Assembly: GCA_013824755.1 (NCBI GenBank)
Contig: PNOJ01000003.1
Span: forward strand, 1-57,551
Length of the DNA stretch: 57,551 nucleotides
Source: Gemmatimonas sp.
GTDB taxonomy: Bacteria; Krumholzibacteriota; Krumholzibacteriia; LZORAL124-64-63
Direction of reading: 5' to 3'
The notes beneath the pieces are model-generated. The model saw nothing but the letters and a program-made list of their open reading frames with translations, made no database searches and had not been told where the DNA came from. The translations under genes were made by a program, and so were the position numbers. This document shows positions 29,091 through 39,254 of the stretch, piece by piece. Numbering within the stretch: the first letter of the stretch is position 1; every line of letters begins with the position of its first letter.

Positions 29091-31094
29091 TCAATACAGG
29101 CCGACGGGATCGACGTCCAGGGTGACGTCGACGGCGGTGTCGGCGGCCAGGCGACGCCCGCGGTCGGCGAGCCAGGCCCGCTGGGCGTTGGTGGTGGGCC
29201 CCTTGACCAGCAGCTGCCAGCGGACGCGGTTCTGGAGCCTGGCGAACACCGCCGGCGCCGGCCCCAGCACTTCCAGCGCGGGCGGCGCCAGGTGGGCCCG
29301 CAGCAGCTCGCCGAAGCGGTGGGCCGCGTCCTCGACGTCGGCGGGGCGGCGGGCCGCGAGGCCCACGCGCAGCATGCGCCGGGCCGGCGGGTAGCCCGCG
29401 GCCTCGCGCTGCGGCAGCTCCGCCGCGGCGAAGGCCGCGAAGTCGTGGCGCGACGCGGCCAGGATCACCGGGTGGTCGGGCTGCCAGGTCTGGAAGAGCA
29501 CGACGCCGGGGCTCTCGCGGCCCGCGCGGCCGGCGACCTGGGTCAGCAGCTGGAAGACCCGCTCGTGCGCCCGGAAGTCGGGCAGCGTCAGCCCGTCGTC
29601 GGCCGCCAGGACGCCGACCAGGTCGACGCCGGCGAAGTGGTGCCCCTTGGCCACCATCTGGGTGCCGACCAGGATGTCGGCGCCGCGCGCGGCGAAGGTC
29701 GACAGGATCTCGCGGTGGCTGCCGCGGGCGCGGGTGGTGTCCTGGTCGAGTCGCAGGACGCGCGCCTCCGGGAAGTGCGCCGCCAGCGCCAGCTCGAGAC
29801 GCTCGGTCCCGGAACCCCCGGGCAGGAAGGCCGGGCCGCCGCAGTCCGGGCAGGTGTCCGGTTCGCGCCGCGCGAAGCCGCAGTAGTGGCACAGCAGCTG
29901 GCGCGGGCGCAGGTGCACCGTCAGCGCGATGTCGCAGTGCGGGCAGGCGACCGGCACGCCGCAGGACGTGCACTGCAGGACCCGGGCGAAGCCGCGGCGG
30001 TTGTAGTAGAGGATCGCCTGGCGGCCCCCGGCCAGGCACGACTCGAGCCGGGCCAGCAGCGCGTTCGAGAAGCCGTCGGACGCCGGCCCGCCGCGCATGT
30101 CGACGATCTCGACGACCGGCATCTCCCCGATCGGGCGGTCGCCGAGCAGGATCTCCCGGTAGCGGCCCTCGCGCGCGTTGCGCACCGATTCGAGGTCCGG
30201 CGTCGCGGACCCCAGCACCACGCAGGCCCCGGCCTCGCGGGCCCGCACCAGCGCCGCGTGGCGCGCGTGGTAGCGCGGCTTCTCCTCCTGCTTGTAGCTG
30301 GCGTCGTGCTCCTCGTCGACGATCACCGCGCCGAGGTCGCGCAGCGGCGTGAACAGGGCCGAGCGCGGCCCGAGCACGACCTTCAGCTCGCCCGCCGCCG
30401 CCGCCTCGTGCACGCGGCAGCGCTCGCCCGCGGACAGGCCGCTGTGCACCGTGGCCACGCGGTCGCCGAAGCGCGCCGCCACGCGCGCCTCGGTCTGCGG
30501 GGTCAAGGCGATCTCCGGCAGCAGGTACAGGGCGCTGCGGCCGCGGGCCAGGGCCTCGGCGATCACCCGCAGGTAGACCTCGGTCTTGCCGCTGCCGGTG
30601 ACGCCGCGCAGCAGCAGCGCCCCGTAGCTGCGCGCCTCCAGGCGATCGACCGCCCAGGCGACGGCGCGCTCCTGGTCGGGCGTCAGGCGCACGTCGGCGG
30701 CGTCGGCGATGGGGTAGGCCGCCGCGGCGCGGCGCGGCCGGGCCTTCGTGCCGGGGGCCGGCGGGTGGAACAGGGGCACGAGTTCCCCGGTCGGCAGCGC
30801 GTAGTAGCCGGCCATCCAGTCCAGCAGACGCCGTCGGTCGTCCTCGATCCGGTAGGCCGCGGGGAAGCGGTCGCGCAAGTGACGCAGGCGGTGACCGTCG
30901 ATCTCCGTGACGTCGGCGGCCGCCTCGCGCACGCCGACGACCAGGCCCGTCACGGTCCGCCGGCCCAGCGGCGCCGAGACCAGGTCGCCGGGCCGCACCG
31001 GCGGCGCGGGCCAATCGTCCGGGACGCGGTAGGTGAAGGTCATGTCCAGAGGCACCGGCAGGGCGACCTCGGCCAGCGTCGCGACGGCGGCCAT
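29091..31094 (-). CDS. priA: Primosomal protein N' (replication restart helicase)
   Basis: Motifs GVTGSGKTEVY, DEEHD and NRRG, four CxxC pairs, and GTQMVAKG. Confidence 0.95.
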   Translation of the reverse strand: MAAVATLAEVALPVPLDMTFTYRVPDDWPAPPVRPGDLVSAPLGRRTVTGLVVGVREAAADVTEIDGHRLRHLRDRFPAAYRIEDDRRRLLDWMAGYYALPTGELVPLFHPPAPGTKARPRRAAAAYPIADAADVRLTPDQERAVAWAVDRLEARSYGALLLRGVTGSGKTEVYLRVIAEALARGRSALYLLPEIALTPQTEARVAARFGDRVATVHSGLSAGERCRVHEAAAAGELKVVLGPRSALFTPLRDLGAVIVDEEHDASYKQEEKPRYHARHAALVRAREAGACVVLGSATPDLESVRNAREGRYREILLGDRPIGEMPVVEIVDMRGGPASDGFSNALLARLESCLAGGRQAILYYNRRGFARVLQCTSCGVPVACPHCDIALTVHLRPRQLLCHYCGFARREPDTCPDCGGPAFLPGGSGTERLELALAAHFPEARVLRLDQDTTRARGSHREILSTFAARGADILVGTQMVAKGHHFAGVDLVGVLAADDGLTLPDFRAHERVFQLLTQVAGRAGRESPGVVLFQTWQPDHPVILAASRHDFAAFAAAELPQREAAGYPPARRMLRVGLAARRPADVEDAAHRFGELLRAHLAPPALEVLGPAPAVFARLQNRVRWQLLVKGPTTNAQRAWLADRGRRLAADTAVDVTLDVDPVGLY

Positions 31095-31237
31095 GCCTGG
31101 TTCCTCCGGGGAAGCGGGACGTCGGCGGGCAGCGTGCGTCGGGAGTCTACACGGCGCGGCGGCGCGCGTCCACGGCGACGTCCGGCCCGGGACTCGGCCC
31201 GGGCCGGCGTGCGGCGGCGGCGGCGGGTCGCGGGCGG

Positions 31238-31612
31238 TCAGCCGTGGCGGACGCCGAGGAAGGTCTGCACCGTGTCGACCAGCCGCTGGGGGCTGAACGG
31301 CTTGGTGATGTAGCCGTCGGCGCCGCAGTCGCGGCCGCGGGTGCGGTCCTCGCGCGAGTTGCGCGCGGTCAGCAGGACGACCGGGATGTCCTTGGTGCGC
31401 AGGTCCGCCTTGAGGCGGCGGCAGGTCTCGAAGCCGTCGAGCCGGGGCATCATCACGTCGAGGATGACGAGGTCGGGCTGCTGCTCGGCGGCCAGGCCGA
31501 GCGCAGCGTCGCCGTCGGCGGCCTGCAGGACGGCGTAGCCCTCGGCATCGAGGCTGAAGTCCAGGATGCTCAGGATGTAGGGCTCGTCGTCGACGATCAG
31601 GATCTTGCGCAC
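31238..31612 (-). CDS. Single-domain response regulator
   Basis: Motifs ILIVDDE, LDVMMP, LTA and KPF. Confidence 0.9.
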   Translation of the reverse strand: MRKILIVDDEPYILSILDFSLDAEGYAVLQAADGDAALGLAAEQQPDLVILDVMMPRLDGFETCRRLKADLRTKDIPVVLLTARNSREDRTRGRDCGADGYITKPFSPQRLVDTVQTFLGVRHG

Positions 31613-31656
31613 GATGGTGCCTCCGTCCCTCGGGTGTCGTTCGCGGTGCGTGCCGT

Positions 31657-34294
31657 TCAGGTCGCGGAGCGGTCGCCGGCGGCGGCGCCGACGAGCTCCC
31701 CCTCCTCGCTCTCGAGGCCGACGTCAGCCGCGGCTGCCGGCGGCGGCGGCGGCAGGGCCAGGTTGCGCGCGTGCTGCACCTCGCCGATGCGCTCGGCGTG
31801 GCGCTGCGACTCGTCCAGGAAGGTCGCCAGGGAGCGCGGGCAGAACTGGCTGCCGGCGCGCTGCTGCATCTCGGCGAGCGCCTGCTCCAGGTTCACGGCC
31901 CGGCGGTAGGGACGGCCCTGGAGCATCGCGGTGAGGCTGTCCGCCAGCATCAGCAGGCGCGCGCCCAGGGGGATGTCCTCGCCGGTCAGCCCCCGCGGGT
32001 AACCCGAACCGTCGAAATGCTCGTGGTGGTGCAGGACGATGTCGTGCACCTCGCCGGGAGCGTCCAGCGACGAGATCAGCTGCAGGCTCAGGTGGACGTG
32101 CTGCTGCAGGATCTCCCACTCCTCGGGCTCGAGCGGCGGCCCCTTGTAGATGATGTCGTCGGGGATGCCGGTCAGGCCCAGGTCGTAGGTCTGCAGCGCG
32201 AAGGCCAGGCTCATCAGCTCGGGCTCGGAGAGTCCCAAGCGCCGGGCGGTCGATGCAGATGTCGTGGCAGAGCTCCGCGAGCTCGTCGTGGCGGGCGCGG
32301 CGGATGGCCACGCTCTTGCGCAGGGCCTGCGCGAGATCGCCGAACTCGCGGTTGCTGCGCTGGTGGACCACGACGCGCTCCAGGACGTGCCCCAGCCGCG
32401 CCGCGATCGCCTGCAGCAGGAGGCTGTCGCACACGCCGAACGGGCGGCCGTCGAGCCGGCTGGCGACGTTCACCACGCCCACCACGCGCCCGTCGCGCAT
32501 CACCGGGGCGCTCAGCAGGCTCCCGGTCTGAGGGAGGTCCCCGGTGCGATCCGGCGCGGCGCGCACCCCGGCGGCCGCGGCTTCGCCCAGCGCCGGCTCC
32601 CCGGTCGCCCAGACGCGTCCGGCGATGCCCTCGCCGCGCGCGAGGCGCATGTCCTGCACCACGCGGTCCTCGAGGCCCATGGCCGCCTCGACGACCAGGT
32701 GCTCCCCGCCCGCGTCGGGCAGCAACAGCGCGACCATCCGCGCCCGCAGCAGCTCGCCGACCCAGTGGATCAGCCGCTCCGCGAACTCGGGCACGTCGTT
32801 GAAGACCGTGAGGCGGCCGTTGTTCTGGCCCCGGCGGACGATCTCGTCCCGGCGCGGCAGCAGGGCGTTGAAGCGCACGCCCTGGGGCTGCACCCGTTCG
32901 CCCCAGATGCGGCCGCCGTGACGCGTGACGATGTCGCGGCAGATGGCCAGCCCGATGCCCTGGCCGCCGTGCTCGCGCGTGCTGGAGCCGTCGACCTGGT
33001 AGAAGCGGTCGAAGATGTAGGTCAGCTTGTTGTCGGGGACGCCGATGCCGTTGTCCTCGACCACGATGCGCACCGACGAGACGCCGTCGACCACCGACAG
33101 GTGCACCTTCCCCCCGCTCGGGGTGAACTTGAAGGCGTTGTCCAGCAGGTGGCGGATCAGCTGGCGCACGAGGTCGGCGTCGACGCCGAGCAGGATCTCC
33201 TCGCGGTCGACGTGCATGGTGAACGCGATGCGCTTGGTCTCGGCCTGTGTGCGCGCGGAGCCCTCGATGCCGCGCACCAGCGCCACGAGGTCCGTCAGGT
33301 GGCGGTTGAAGGTGACCTGCTCGCGTTCCATGCGCTCGAGATCCAGGAGGTTGTTGACGATGCCCGTGAGCTTCTCGCTCTCGGACTGGATGACGCGCAG
33401 GAACTCGCCCTGGGCCGCGTCGTCCATGCGCTCGCGCCCGTGCACCAGGGCCTCGCTGTAGGCCTTGATCGAGGTCAGCGGGGTGCGCAGCTCGTGGCTG
33501 ACGTTGGCGACGAAGTTGTTCTTCAGCTCGTTGTGGTAGCGCAGGCGGTCCGAGGAGCGCGTCAGCTCCTGGTTCTGCCGGTGCAGCCGCGAGTACAGCT
33601 CGGCCGAGGCGATGGCGGTGGCGGCCTGCTGGGCGAACAGCTCCAGCATCTGGATGGTCTGCAGACCGGGAAGCTTGTGATCGACCGGATCGTCGACGCT
33701 CAGGTAGCCCCGGATCTCCCCCTCGGGAGAATTCAGGGGGATGATCAGCGCATCGCGCTCGTCCCACTCGCCCTCGGCGCGCTTCTCCTGCGCCTGCGTG
33801 TACGCGTCGGCCAGGGCCTGTTCCGCACCCTCGATCGTGTGGCGGATGAGGTAGGAATTGGAGATCAGGAACTGCGGCAGCGCCATCTTGCGGAACCCGG
33901 TCAGCGTCATCGGGCTGTTGCGCAGGTACTCGATGCCCTCCTCGTCGATGCCGGCGAAGGATTTCGCCTCGAAGACCTTGTCCGAGACGTTGTAGATGCG
34001 CAACAGGACCATGCGGAAGCCCAGCGATTCCCGCACCGACTGCGTGATCTCGTTGAGCAGGTGCTCGGAATCGCGGAAGGCGTGGATGCGCGCCGAGATG
34101 GCCAGCAGGCTTTCCAGGCCGCGCGCGCGTTCCTGGCGATCCAGGAGATCGCGCGAGCGCTGGCGCACGCGCCAGATCTGCCAGACCAGTCCCGCGGCCA
34201 GCGCCAGGATCGCCAAGGCGTACGGCACCGGACCGCCGGGCGCCGCCGCCACGCCGGCCGGGATCGCACCGAGGTTCGCCAGGAACAGCGTCAT
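31657..34294 (-). pseudogene. TM-GAF-histidine kinase-GAF-HD-GYP fusion, frameshifted at about 32251
   Basis: ORF 31724-34294 carries SHELRTPL, a HATPase domain and GAF domains up to CHDICI. The reading TARRLGLSEPEL...HHEHFDGSGYP continues in another frame to stop 31657. Could be an assembly error. Confidence 0.75.
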
Positions 34295-34692
34295 GTCACG
34301 TCCTTCCCTGCATGGACCCGACGCGCGGCCAGGGCGTCGGCGGCCTGGCCGACCAGACGGCTCATCACGAAGGGTTTCTCGAGGTACAGGTCCGCCCCCG
34401 CCGCCAGCATCTCCGCCCGGGCGGCGCCGTCGTGGCGCGCCGAGAGCGCCACGATCGCCGTGCGGTCGTGGCCGGGATTGCGCCGGATCAGGCGCGTCGC
34501 GTCGATGCCGTCGAGCTTGGGCATCATCACGTCCATCACGATCACGTCGGGGCGGAAGGCGGCCACCTGGTTCAGTCCCTCGATGCCGTTGCGGGCCACG
34601 ACCGCCTGCCAGCCCTCCTGCACGAAGGCGCGCGACAACAGGCCCGCGAGGTGGGGCTCGTCCTCCACGATCAGCACGCGCACGTCGATCAT
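34291..34692 (-). CDS. Single-domain response regulator
   Basis: Motifs LIVEDE, MDVMMP and KPF. Four-base overlaps with both neighbours. Confidence 0.9.
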   Translation of the reverse strand: MIDVRVLIVEDEPHLAGLLSRAFVQEGWQAVVARNGIEGLNQVAAFRPDVIVMDVMMPKLDGIDATRLIRRNPGHDRTAIVALSARHDGAARAEMLAAGADLYLEKPFVMSRLVGQAADALAARRVHAGKDVT

Positions 34693-35705
34693 GGCTGCTC
34701 CGGACGCCGGGCCGAAGGGGCCTCGCCCTCCTCGCGGCCGTCCGACGGCGGCGAGGTCTGCGCCGCGGCCGCTTCGTCCGTGAAGCGCCGCTCGTGGATG
34801 ATCTGGCTGCCGGGCAGGGATTTCCCGTACTTCTTCAGCTCCGCCGCCACGGCGTTGAGCCGGCCCACGTGGCCGAAGTTCCCCTGCTGTTCGACGACGA
34901 CCGCGACGGTCAGCGACACCGGCGGGAACCGCCGCAGCCGTCCCGTGCGGTCGGGCAGCTCGATGTAGCCGCGGCGGCGGTCCTCGAGCTCGTACTGCCC
35001 GAGGATGTTCCGGTCGAACTCCGCGACGATGCGTTCGGCGAGGCCGTCGGCGTCCTGCGGGCGCGACACGGCGATGAAGTCATCGCCGCCGACGTGGCCC
35101 AGGAAGGCGTCGTCGCAGGCCAGGACCTCGCTCGCGAGCAGGTCGGCCAGCATCGTCAGGACCGCGTCGCCCTTCACGTAGCCGTAGTGGTCGTTGAAGA
35201 CCTTGAAATGATCGAGGTCGAAGTAGAGGAACCCGAAGGCCTGGCCCGCCTCGAGCCGCCGGTTCAGCTCCCGCGCGATGGCGCGGTTGCCGGGCAGGCC
35301 CGTCAGCGGGTTGGCGTCGCGCTGGCTGCGGCTCAGCTGCAGCAGGTTGCGCACGCGCAGCACCAGCTCCTCCGGCACGAACGGCTTGCACAGGTAGTCG
35401 TTGGCCCCCTGCTCGAGGCCACGCACCTTCTGCGGCGTCTCGCCCTTGGCGGTCAGCATGATCACGGGCAGGTGGTGGGTCCGGAACCGGCTGCGCAGCT
35501 CGCGCAGCACGTCGAACCCGTCCAGGCCCGGCATCATGACGTCCAGCAGGACCAGGTCGGGCAGCTCCTGCTGCAGGCAGGACAAGGCCTGCCGCCCGTC
35601 CTCGGCCAGTTCCACCCGGAAGCCGCCCTGTTCGAGCACGTGCTTCAGGATCGTCCGCAGGTGCTGGTCGTCGTCGACGACCAGGATCGTCTCGGTTTCA
35701 CGCAT
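34689..35705 (-). CDS. Response regulator-diguanylate cyclase (REC-GGDEF, GGDDF variant)
   Basis: REC domain, NPLTGLPGN, DLDHFKVFNDHYGYVKGD and GHVGGDDF. Confidence 0.9.
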   Translation of the reverse strand: MRETETILVVDDDQHLRTILKHVLEQGGFRVELAEDGRQALSCLQQELPDLVLLDVMMPGLDGFDVLRELRSRFRTHHLPVIMLTAKGETPQKVRGLEQGANDYLCKPFVPEELVLRVRNLLQLSRSQRDANPLTGLPGNRAIARELNRRLEAGQAFGFLYFDLDHFKVFNDHYGYVKGDAVLTMLADLLASEVLACDDAFLGHVGGDDFIAVSRPQDADGLAERIVAEFDRNILGQYELEDRRRGYIELPDRTGRLRRFPPVSLTVAVVVEQQGNFGHVGRLNAVAAELKKYGKSLPGSQIIHERRFTDEAAAAQTSPPSDGREEGEAPSARRPEQP

Positions 35706-35766
35706 CGGCACCATCCGTGCAAATCGCATCGGGAACACTGATTACAGGCAGAGCCGACGAGCCTGT

Positions 35767-35782
35767 CGCAAGGGTCGTGCCA
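35767..35782 (-). promoter_or_regulatory. Sigma54 promoter of the c-di-GMP signalling operon
   Basis: Minus strand reads TGGCACG-accc-TTGCG, about 60 bp upstream of the GGDEF gene, in an intergenic position. Confidence 0.72.
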
Positions 35783-35834
35783 TCATGGGGACGTCCGCGA
35801 CGCGGGCGGGAACAATGGGGCGGGAGGAGGCAGG

Positions 35835-36845
35835 TCAGCGCCAGGAGGCGAGGGGGGCGCGCGCAAACCCATCCAAATCAAGGGGATCCGAAAATCCCGC
35901 CGCCAGGCGGGCGTGGCCGGCGCAGGCGATCATGGCCGCGTTGTCGGTGCAGTAGACGCGCTCGGGGGGGCGGAATGCGAATCCGCCTGCCGCGGCCTCC
36001 CGGGCGACACGGTCGCGCAGCCACGAATTGGCCGCCACGCCGCCGGCCAGGTAGACGCCCCGCACACGGTGTTCGCGGGCGGCCTGGAACAGGCGCTGGA
36101 CGAGCACGTCGACGACCGCCTCGCGCAGGGCCCGGCAGATATCGGCCACGGTCTGGTCGTCAAGCGGCCGGGGCAGCGATTCGACCAGCACGCGGACGGC
36201 CGTCTTCAGGCCGCTGAAGCTGAACACCAGGCGCGGGTCGCGGGTCAGGGGCCGCGGCAGTTCGAAGCGGCCGCCCCGGCCGCGCTCGGCCAGGCGGTCG
36301 ATGACCGGGCCGCCCGGGTACGGCAGGCCCATCAGTTGGGCCGTCTTGTCGAAGCACTCCCCCGCGGCGTCGTCCAGCGTCCAGCCCAGACGCCGGTAGC
36401 GGCCCACCTCGCTCATCAGCACGACCTCGGTGTGGCCGCCCGAGACCACCAGCACGGTCGCGGGCAGGTCCATCGTGCCGGACAGCAGGTTGGCCAGGAT
36501 GTGACCCTCGATGTGGTGGACCCCGACCAGCGGCTTGCGCGCCGACCAGCAGAGGGCCTTGGCGGTGGACAGCCCCACCAGCAGGGCGCCGATCAGACCG
36601 GGACCGGCCGTGACCGCCACGCCGTCCAGGTCCGCCGGGGCGAGCCGCCGTCGCTCCAGCAGCACCTCGATCAGAGGCAGCAGGTTGACCAGGTGCGCGC
36701 GCGAGGCCAGCTCCGGGACCACGCCGCCGAAGTGGTCGTGCAGGTCGACCTGGCTCGAGACGAGGTTCTCCAGCACGCCCAGCTCGGAGTCGTAGAGCGC
36801 GACGCTGGTGTCGTCGCAGGAGGTTTCGATGCCCAGGACCTTCAT
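35835..36845 (-). CDS. tsaD: tRNA N6-adenosine threonylcarbamoyltransferase
   Basis: Motifs GIETSCDDT, GGVVPELASRAH, HHIEGH, DDAAGE.FDK and CTDNAAMI. Confidence 0.96.
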   Translation of the reverse strand: MKVLGIETSCDDTSVALYDSELGVLENLVSSQVDLHDHFGGVVPELASRAHLVNLLPLIEVLLERRRLAPADLDGVAVTAGPGLIGALLVGLSTAKALCWSARKPLVGVHHIEGHILANLLSGTMDLPATVLVVSGGHTEVVLMSEVGRYRRLGWTLDDAAGECFDKTAQLMGLPYPGGPVIDRLAERGRGGRFELPRPLTRDPRLVFSFSGLKTAVRVLVESLPRPLDDQTVADICRALREAVVDVLVQRLFQAAREHRVRGVYLAGGVAANSWLRDRVAREAAAGGFAFRPPERVYCTDNAAMIACAGHARLAAGFSDPLDLDGFARAPLASWR

Positions 36846-38413
36846 GCTCCCGCCCCTGCCTCCGTCAAGTCGTCCAGTTCGGCCAGGGCGGCGGGCAGAC
36901 GGTCGGCGACCTCGCGGGCCAGCACGGCGCGGCGGGAACCACCATCGGCCGCCAGCTCCCCGGCGCGGCCGTGCAGCCAGCAACCCAGCAACGCGGCGTC
37001 GAGCGGTTCGCAGCCCTGACCCAGCAGGCCGCCGATCAAGCCGGTCAACACGTCGCCGGTGCCGCCGTGGGCCAGTGCGTCGTGGCCGGTGGGGTTGAAC
37101 CAGAGCGTGCCGTCCGGGGCGGCCACCAGCGTCGGGGATCCCTTGGCGACCAGCACCACGCCCCAGCGCGCGGCGAGTTCGGGGACGAGGTCGAGCCGGC
37201 GCGCGGCCAGCTCGGCCGGGTCGAGGCCGGCCAGCCGGGCCAGCTCGCCGGCGTGCGGCGTGACGACCGCCGGACCGGCGCCGCCGCGCGGCGGCAGGCC
37301 GAGACGCGCGAAGGCGGACAAGGCGTCGGCGTCGATCACCGCCGGCAGCGATGATGCGGCCAGCAGTTCCACCACGAAGCGGTCGGTGTCGGGGTCGTCG
37401 CCGAGACCAGGGCCCACGGCCAGGGCCCGCTGGCGGCGCAGCAGCGCGGCCAGGTCGTCGCCGGTCACGGGCAGCAGCCCCCCGCGCGGGCCGGTGGGCA
37501 GGGCGACCACGGGCGCTTCGGGAACGAAGGACGTGGCCGCGGCCGCGTGCTCCCGAGGCAGGGCGAGGGTGACCAGGCCGGCGCCGGAGCGCAGCGCGCC
37601 CAGCGCCGCGAGCAGCGCCGCACCGCCGAAGCGGGCCGAACCGGCGAGCACCAGCACGGTCCCGGCCCCGTACTTGTGCGTGTCGGTGGGGCGCGGCGGC
37701 AGCAGTTCGGCGTAGTCCTGGGGCAGCAGCCAGTGGCGGGGGCCGGTGTGGCGGGCGCAGGCCTCGTCATCGAACCCGATGTCCACGACCGACAGCGCGC
37801 CGGTGTGGTCACGCCCCGGCGGCAGCAGCAGGCCCAGCTTGGGCAGGCCCACGGTGATGGTGGCGTCGGCCCGCACGGCGACCGGATCGACGGCGCCGTC
37901 GTCCCCGCCCACGCCCGAAGGCAGGTCCAGGCTCGCGATCGGCGCGCCGCCGTCGTTCAGCGCCGCGAACAGCGCGGCGTGGTCGGGCTTCAGCGGCAGC
38001 GTGACGCCCGTGCCGAAGACCGCGTCGATCACCAGGTCCGACTCCGCGCACAGGTCGCCGGCCCGGTCGGCCCAGGCGTCGGGCGGGATGGTCTCGACGG
38101 CCACGCCGGGGGGCAGGCGGTCGAGGTTCGCGCGGGCGTCGACGGCGAGGTCGTCCGCGGCGGCCAGCAGCAGCACCCGCACCTCAAAGCCCAGGTTCTC
38201 CAGCAGGCGCGCCACGACCAGCCCGTCGCCGCCGTTGTTCCCCTTGCCGCAGACCACGCCGACCTGGGCCGGCGGCGCCAGCGCGGGGAACTCCCGCAGC
38301 AGCTGCCAGGTCATCTCGCGGCCGGCGCGTTCCATGAGCTCGCGGCCGGGCACGCCGCCAGCGATCGTCTCGCGGTCGATGGCCGCCATGCCGGCGCTCG
38401 TGGCCACGCGCAT
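36842..38413 (-). CDS. nnr: Bifunctional NAD(P)H-hydrate epimerase/dehydratase
   Basis: Motifs LMERAG, GKGNNGGDG, DLPSG, IDADAL, TPHAGE and GGTGDVL. Confidence 0.94.
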   Translation of the reverse strand: MRVATSAGMAAIDRETIAGGVPGRELMERAGREMTWQLLREFPALAPPAQVGVVCGKGNNGGDGLVVARLLENLGFEVRVLLLAAADDLAVDARANLDRLPPGVAVETIPPDAWADRAGDLCAESDLVIDAVFGTGVTLPLKPDHAALFAALNDGGAPIASLDLPSGVGGDDGAVDPVAVRADATITVGLPKLGLLLPPGRDHTGALSVVDIGFDDEACARHTGPRHWLLPQDYAELLPPRPTDTHKYGAGTVLVLAGSARFGGAALLAALGALRSGAGLVTLALPREHAAAATSFVPEAPVVALPTGPRGGLLPVTGDDLAALLRRQRALAVGPGLGDDPDTDRFVVELLAASSLPAVIDADALSAFARLGLPPRGGAGPAVVTPHAGELARLAGLDPAELAARRLDLVPELAARWGVVLVAKGSPTLVAAPDGTLWFNPTGHDALAHGGTGDVLTGLIGGLLGQGCEPLDAALLGCWLHGRAGELAADGGSRRAVLAREVADRLPAALAELDDLTEAGAGA

Positions 38414-38414
38414 C

Positions 38415-39152
38415 TCAGGCCTCCCCGGCCGGCCGCTCGAGCCGCTCGAGCACGTCGAGCAGCTGCAGCAGGTCGTCGATCACGAAGTGGGCGCCCGAGT
38501 CCGTGGTCCGCGGGCGGTCCGGCGAACCGTAGGTGTCCCCGTAGCGCGCGTAGACCGTGTGCAGGCCGGCGACCAGGCCGCCGACGATGTCGCGCTCCGG
38601 CCAGTCCCCGACCATGACCGCCTGGCCCGGCGCGACGCCGAGCCGCTCGAGCGCCATGCGGAAGGGCACGGGGTCGGGTTTGCGCGCGCCGGTGTCGTCG
38701 TGGGTCAGCACGACGTCGAACACGTGCTGCAGGCCGAGGTAGCAGAGGCGCAGCCAGGCCTCGAAGCGAGGCGCGTCGCTGACCACGGCCAGCTTGTAGC
38801 CGTCCTTGACCAGCCGGTAGACCACGCGCTGGACGTGCGGGTACGGCACGAGCGAGGCCTCGCGGGCGCGGCGGTAGGCCACCACCGCCGGGGCCAGCAC
38901 GTGATCGTCCACGCGCCCCGTCGCCTCGGTCAGGAAGCGGTTGAAGACGCGCTGGTGCTCGATGCCGACCTCGTCGTAGATGGCGAAGATGCGGTCGTAG
39001 ACCAGTTGGGGGTCCATCACCAGGCCGGCGTCGATCATGGCGTCGGCCGCCGCCCGGATGGCGCCCCGCTTCGCCTTCATGAAGTCGGTCAGCGTGTTGT
39101 CCAGGTCGAAGACCACCGCCCGGATCGTCCGTCCCTCGCGCAGTTCCGTCAT
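38415..39152 (-). CDS. HAD-superfamily hydrolase
   Basis: Motifs FDLDNTL, KPDP and MVGD..RDI.G. Confidence 0.9.
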   Translation of the reverse strand: MTELREGRTIRAVVFDLDNTLTDFMKAKRGAIRAAADAMIDAGLVMDPQLVYDRIFAIYDEVGIEHQRVFNRFLTEATGRVDDHVLAPAVVAYRRAREASLVPYPHVQRVVYRLVKDGYKLAVVSDAPRFEAWLRLCYLGLQHVFDVVLTHDDTGARKPDPVPFRMALERLGVAPGQAVMVGDWPERDIVGGLVAGLHTVYARYGDTYGSPDRPRTTDSGAHFVIDDLLQLLDVLERLERPAGEA

Positions 39153-39254
39153 GTCGCCCCTTTCGCTCCGCAGCCGTCCGCTGCATATTAACCGTTCGGG
39201 GAACCCGCGCCAAGGCGGGCCTGACGGCACGCTCCCCAGGACGGAAGGACCGCC

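Noticed and set aside
34689-35705. Hypr-type cGAMP synthase
   Set aside because: The specificity position is Asp (GYVKGD), not Ser, so an ordinary diguanylate cyclase is more likely.
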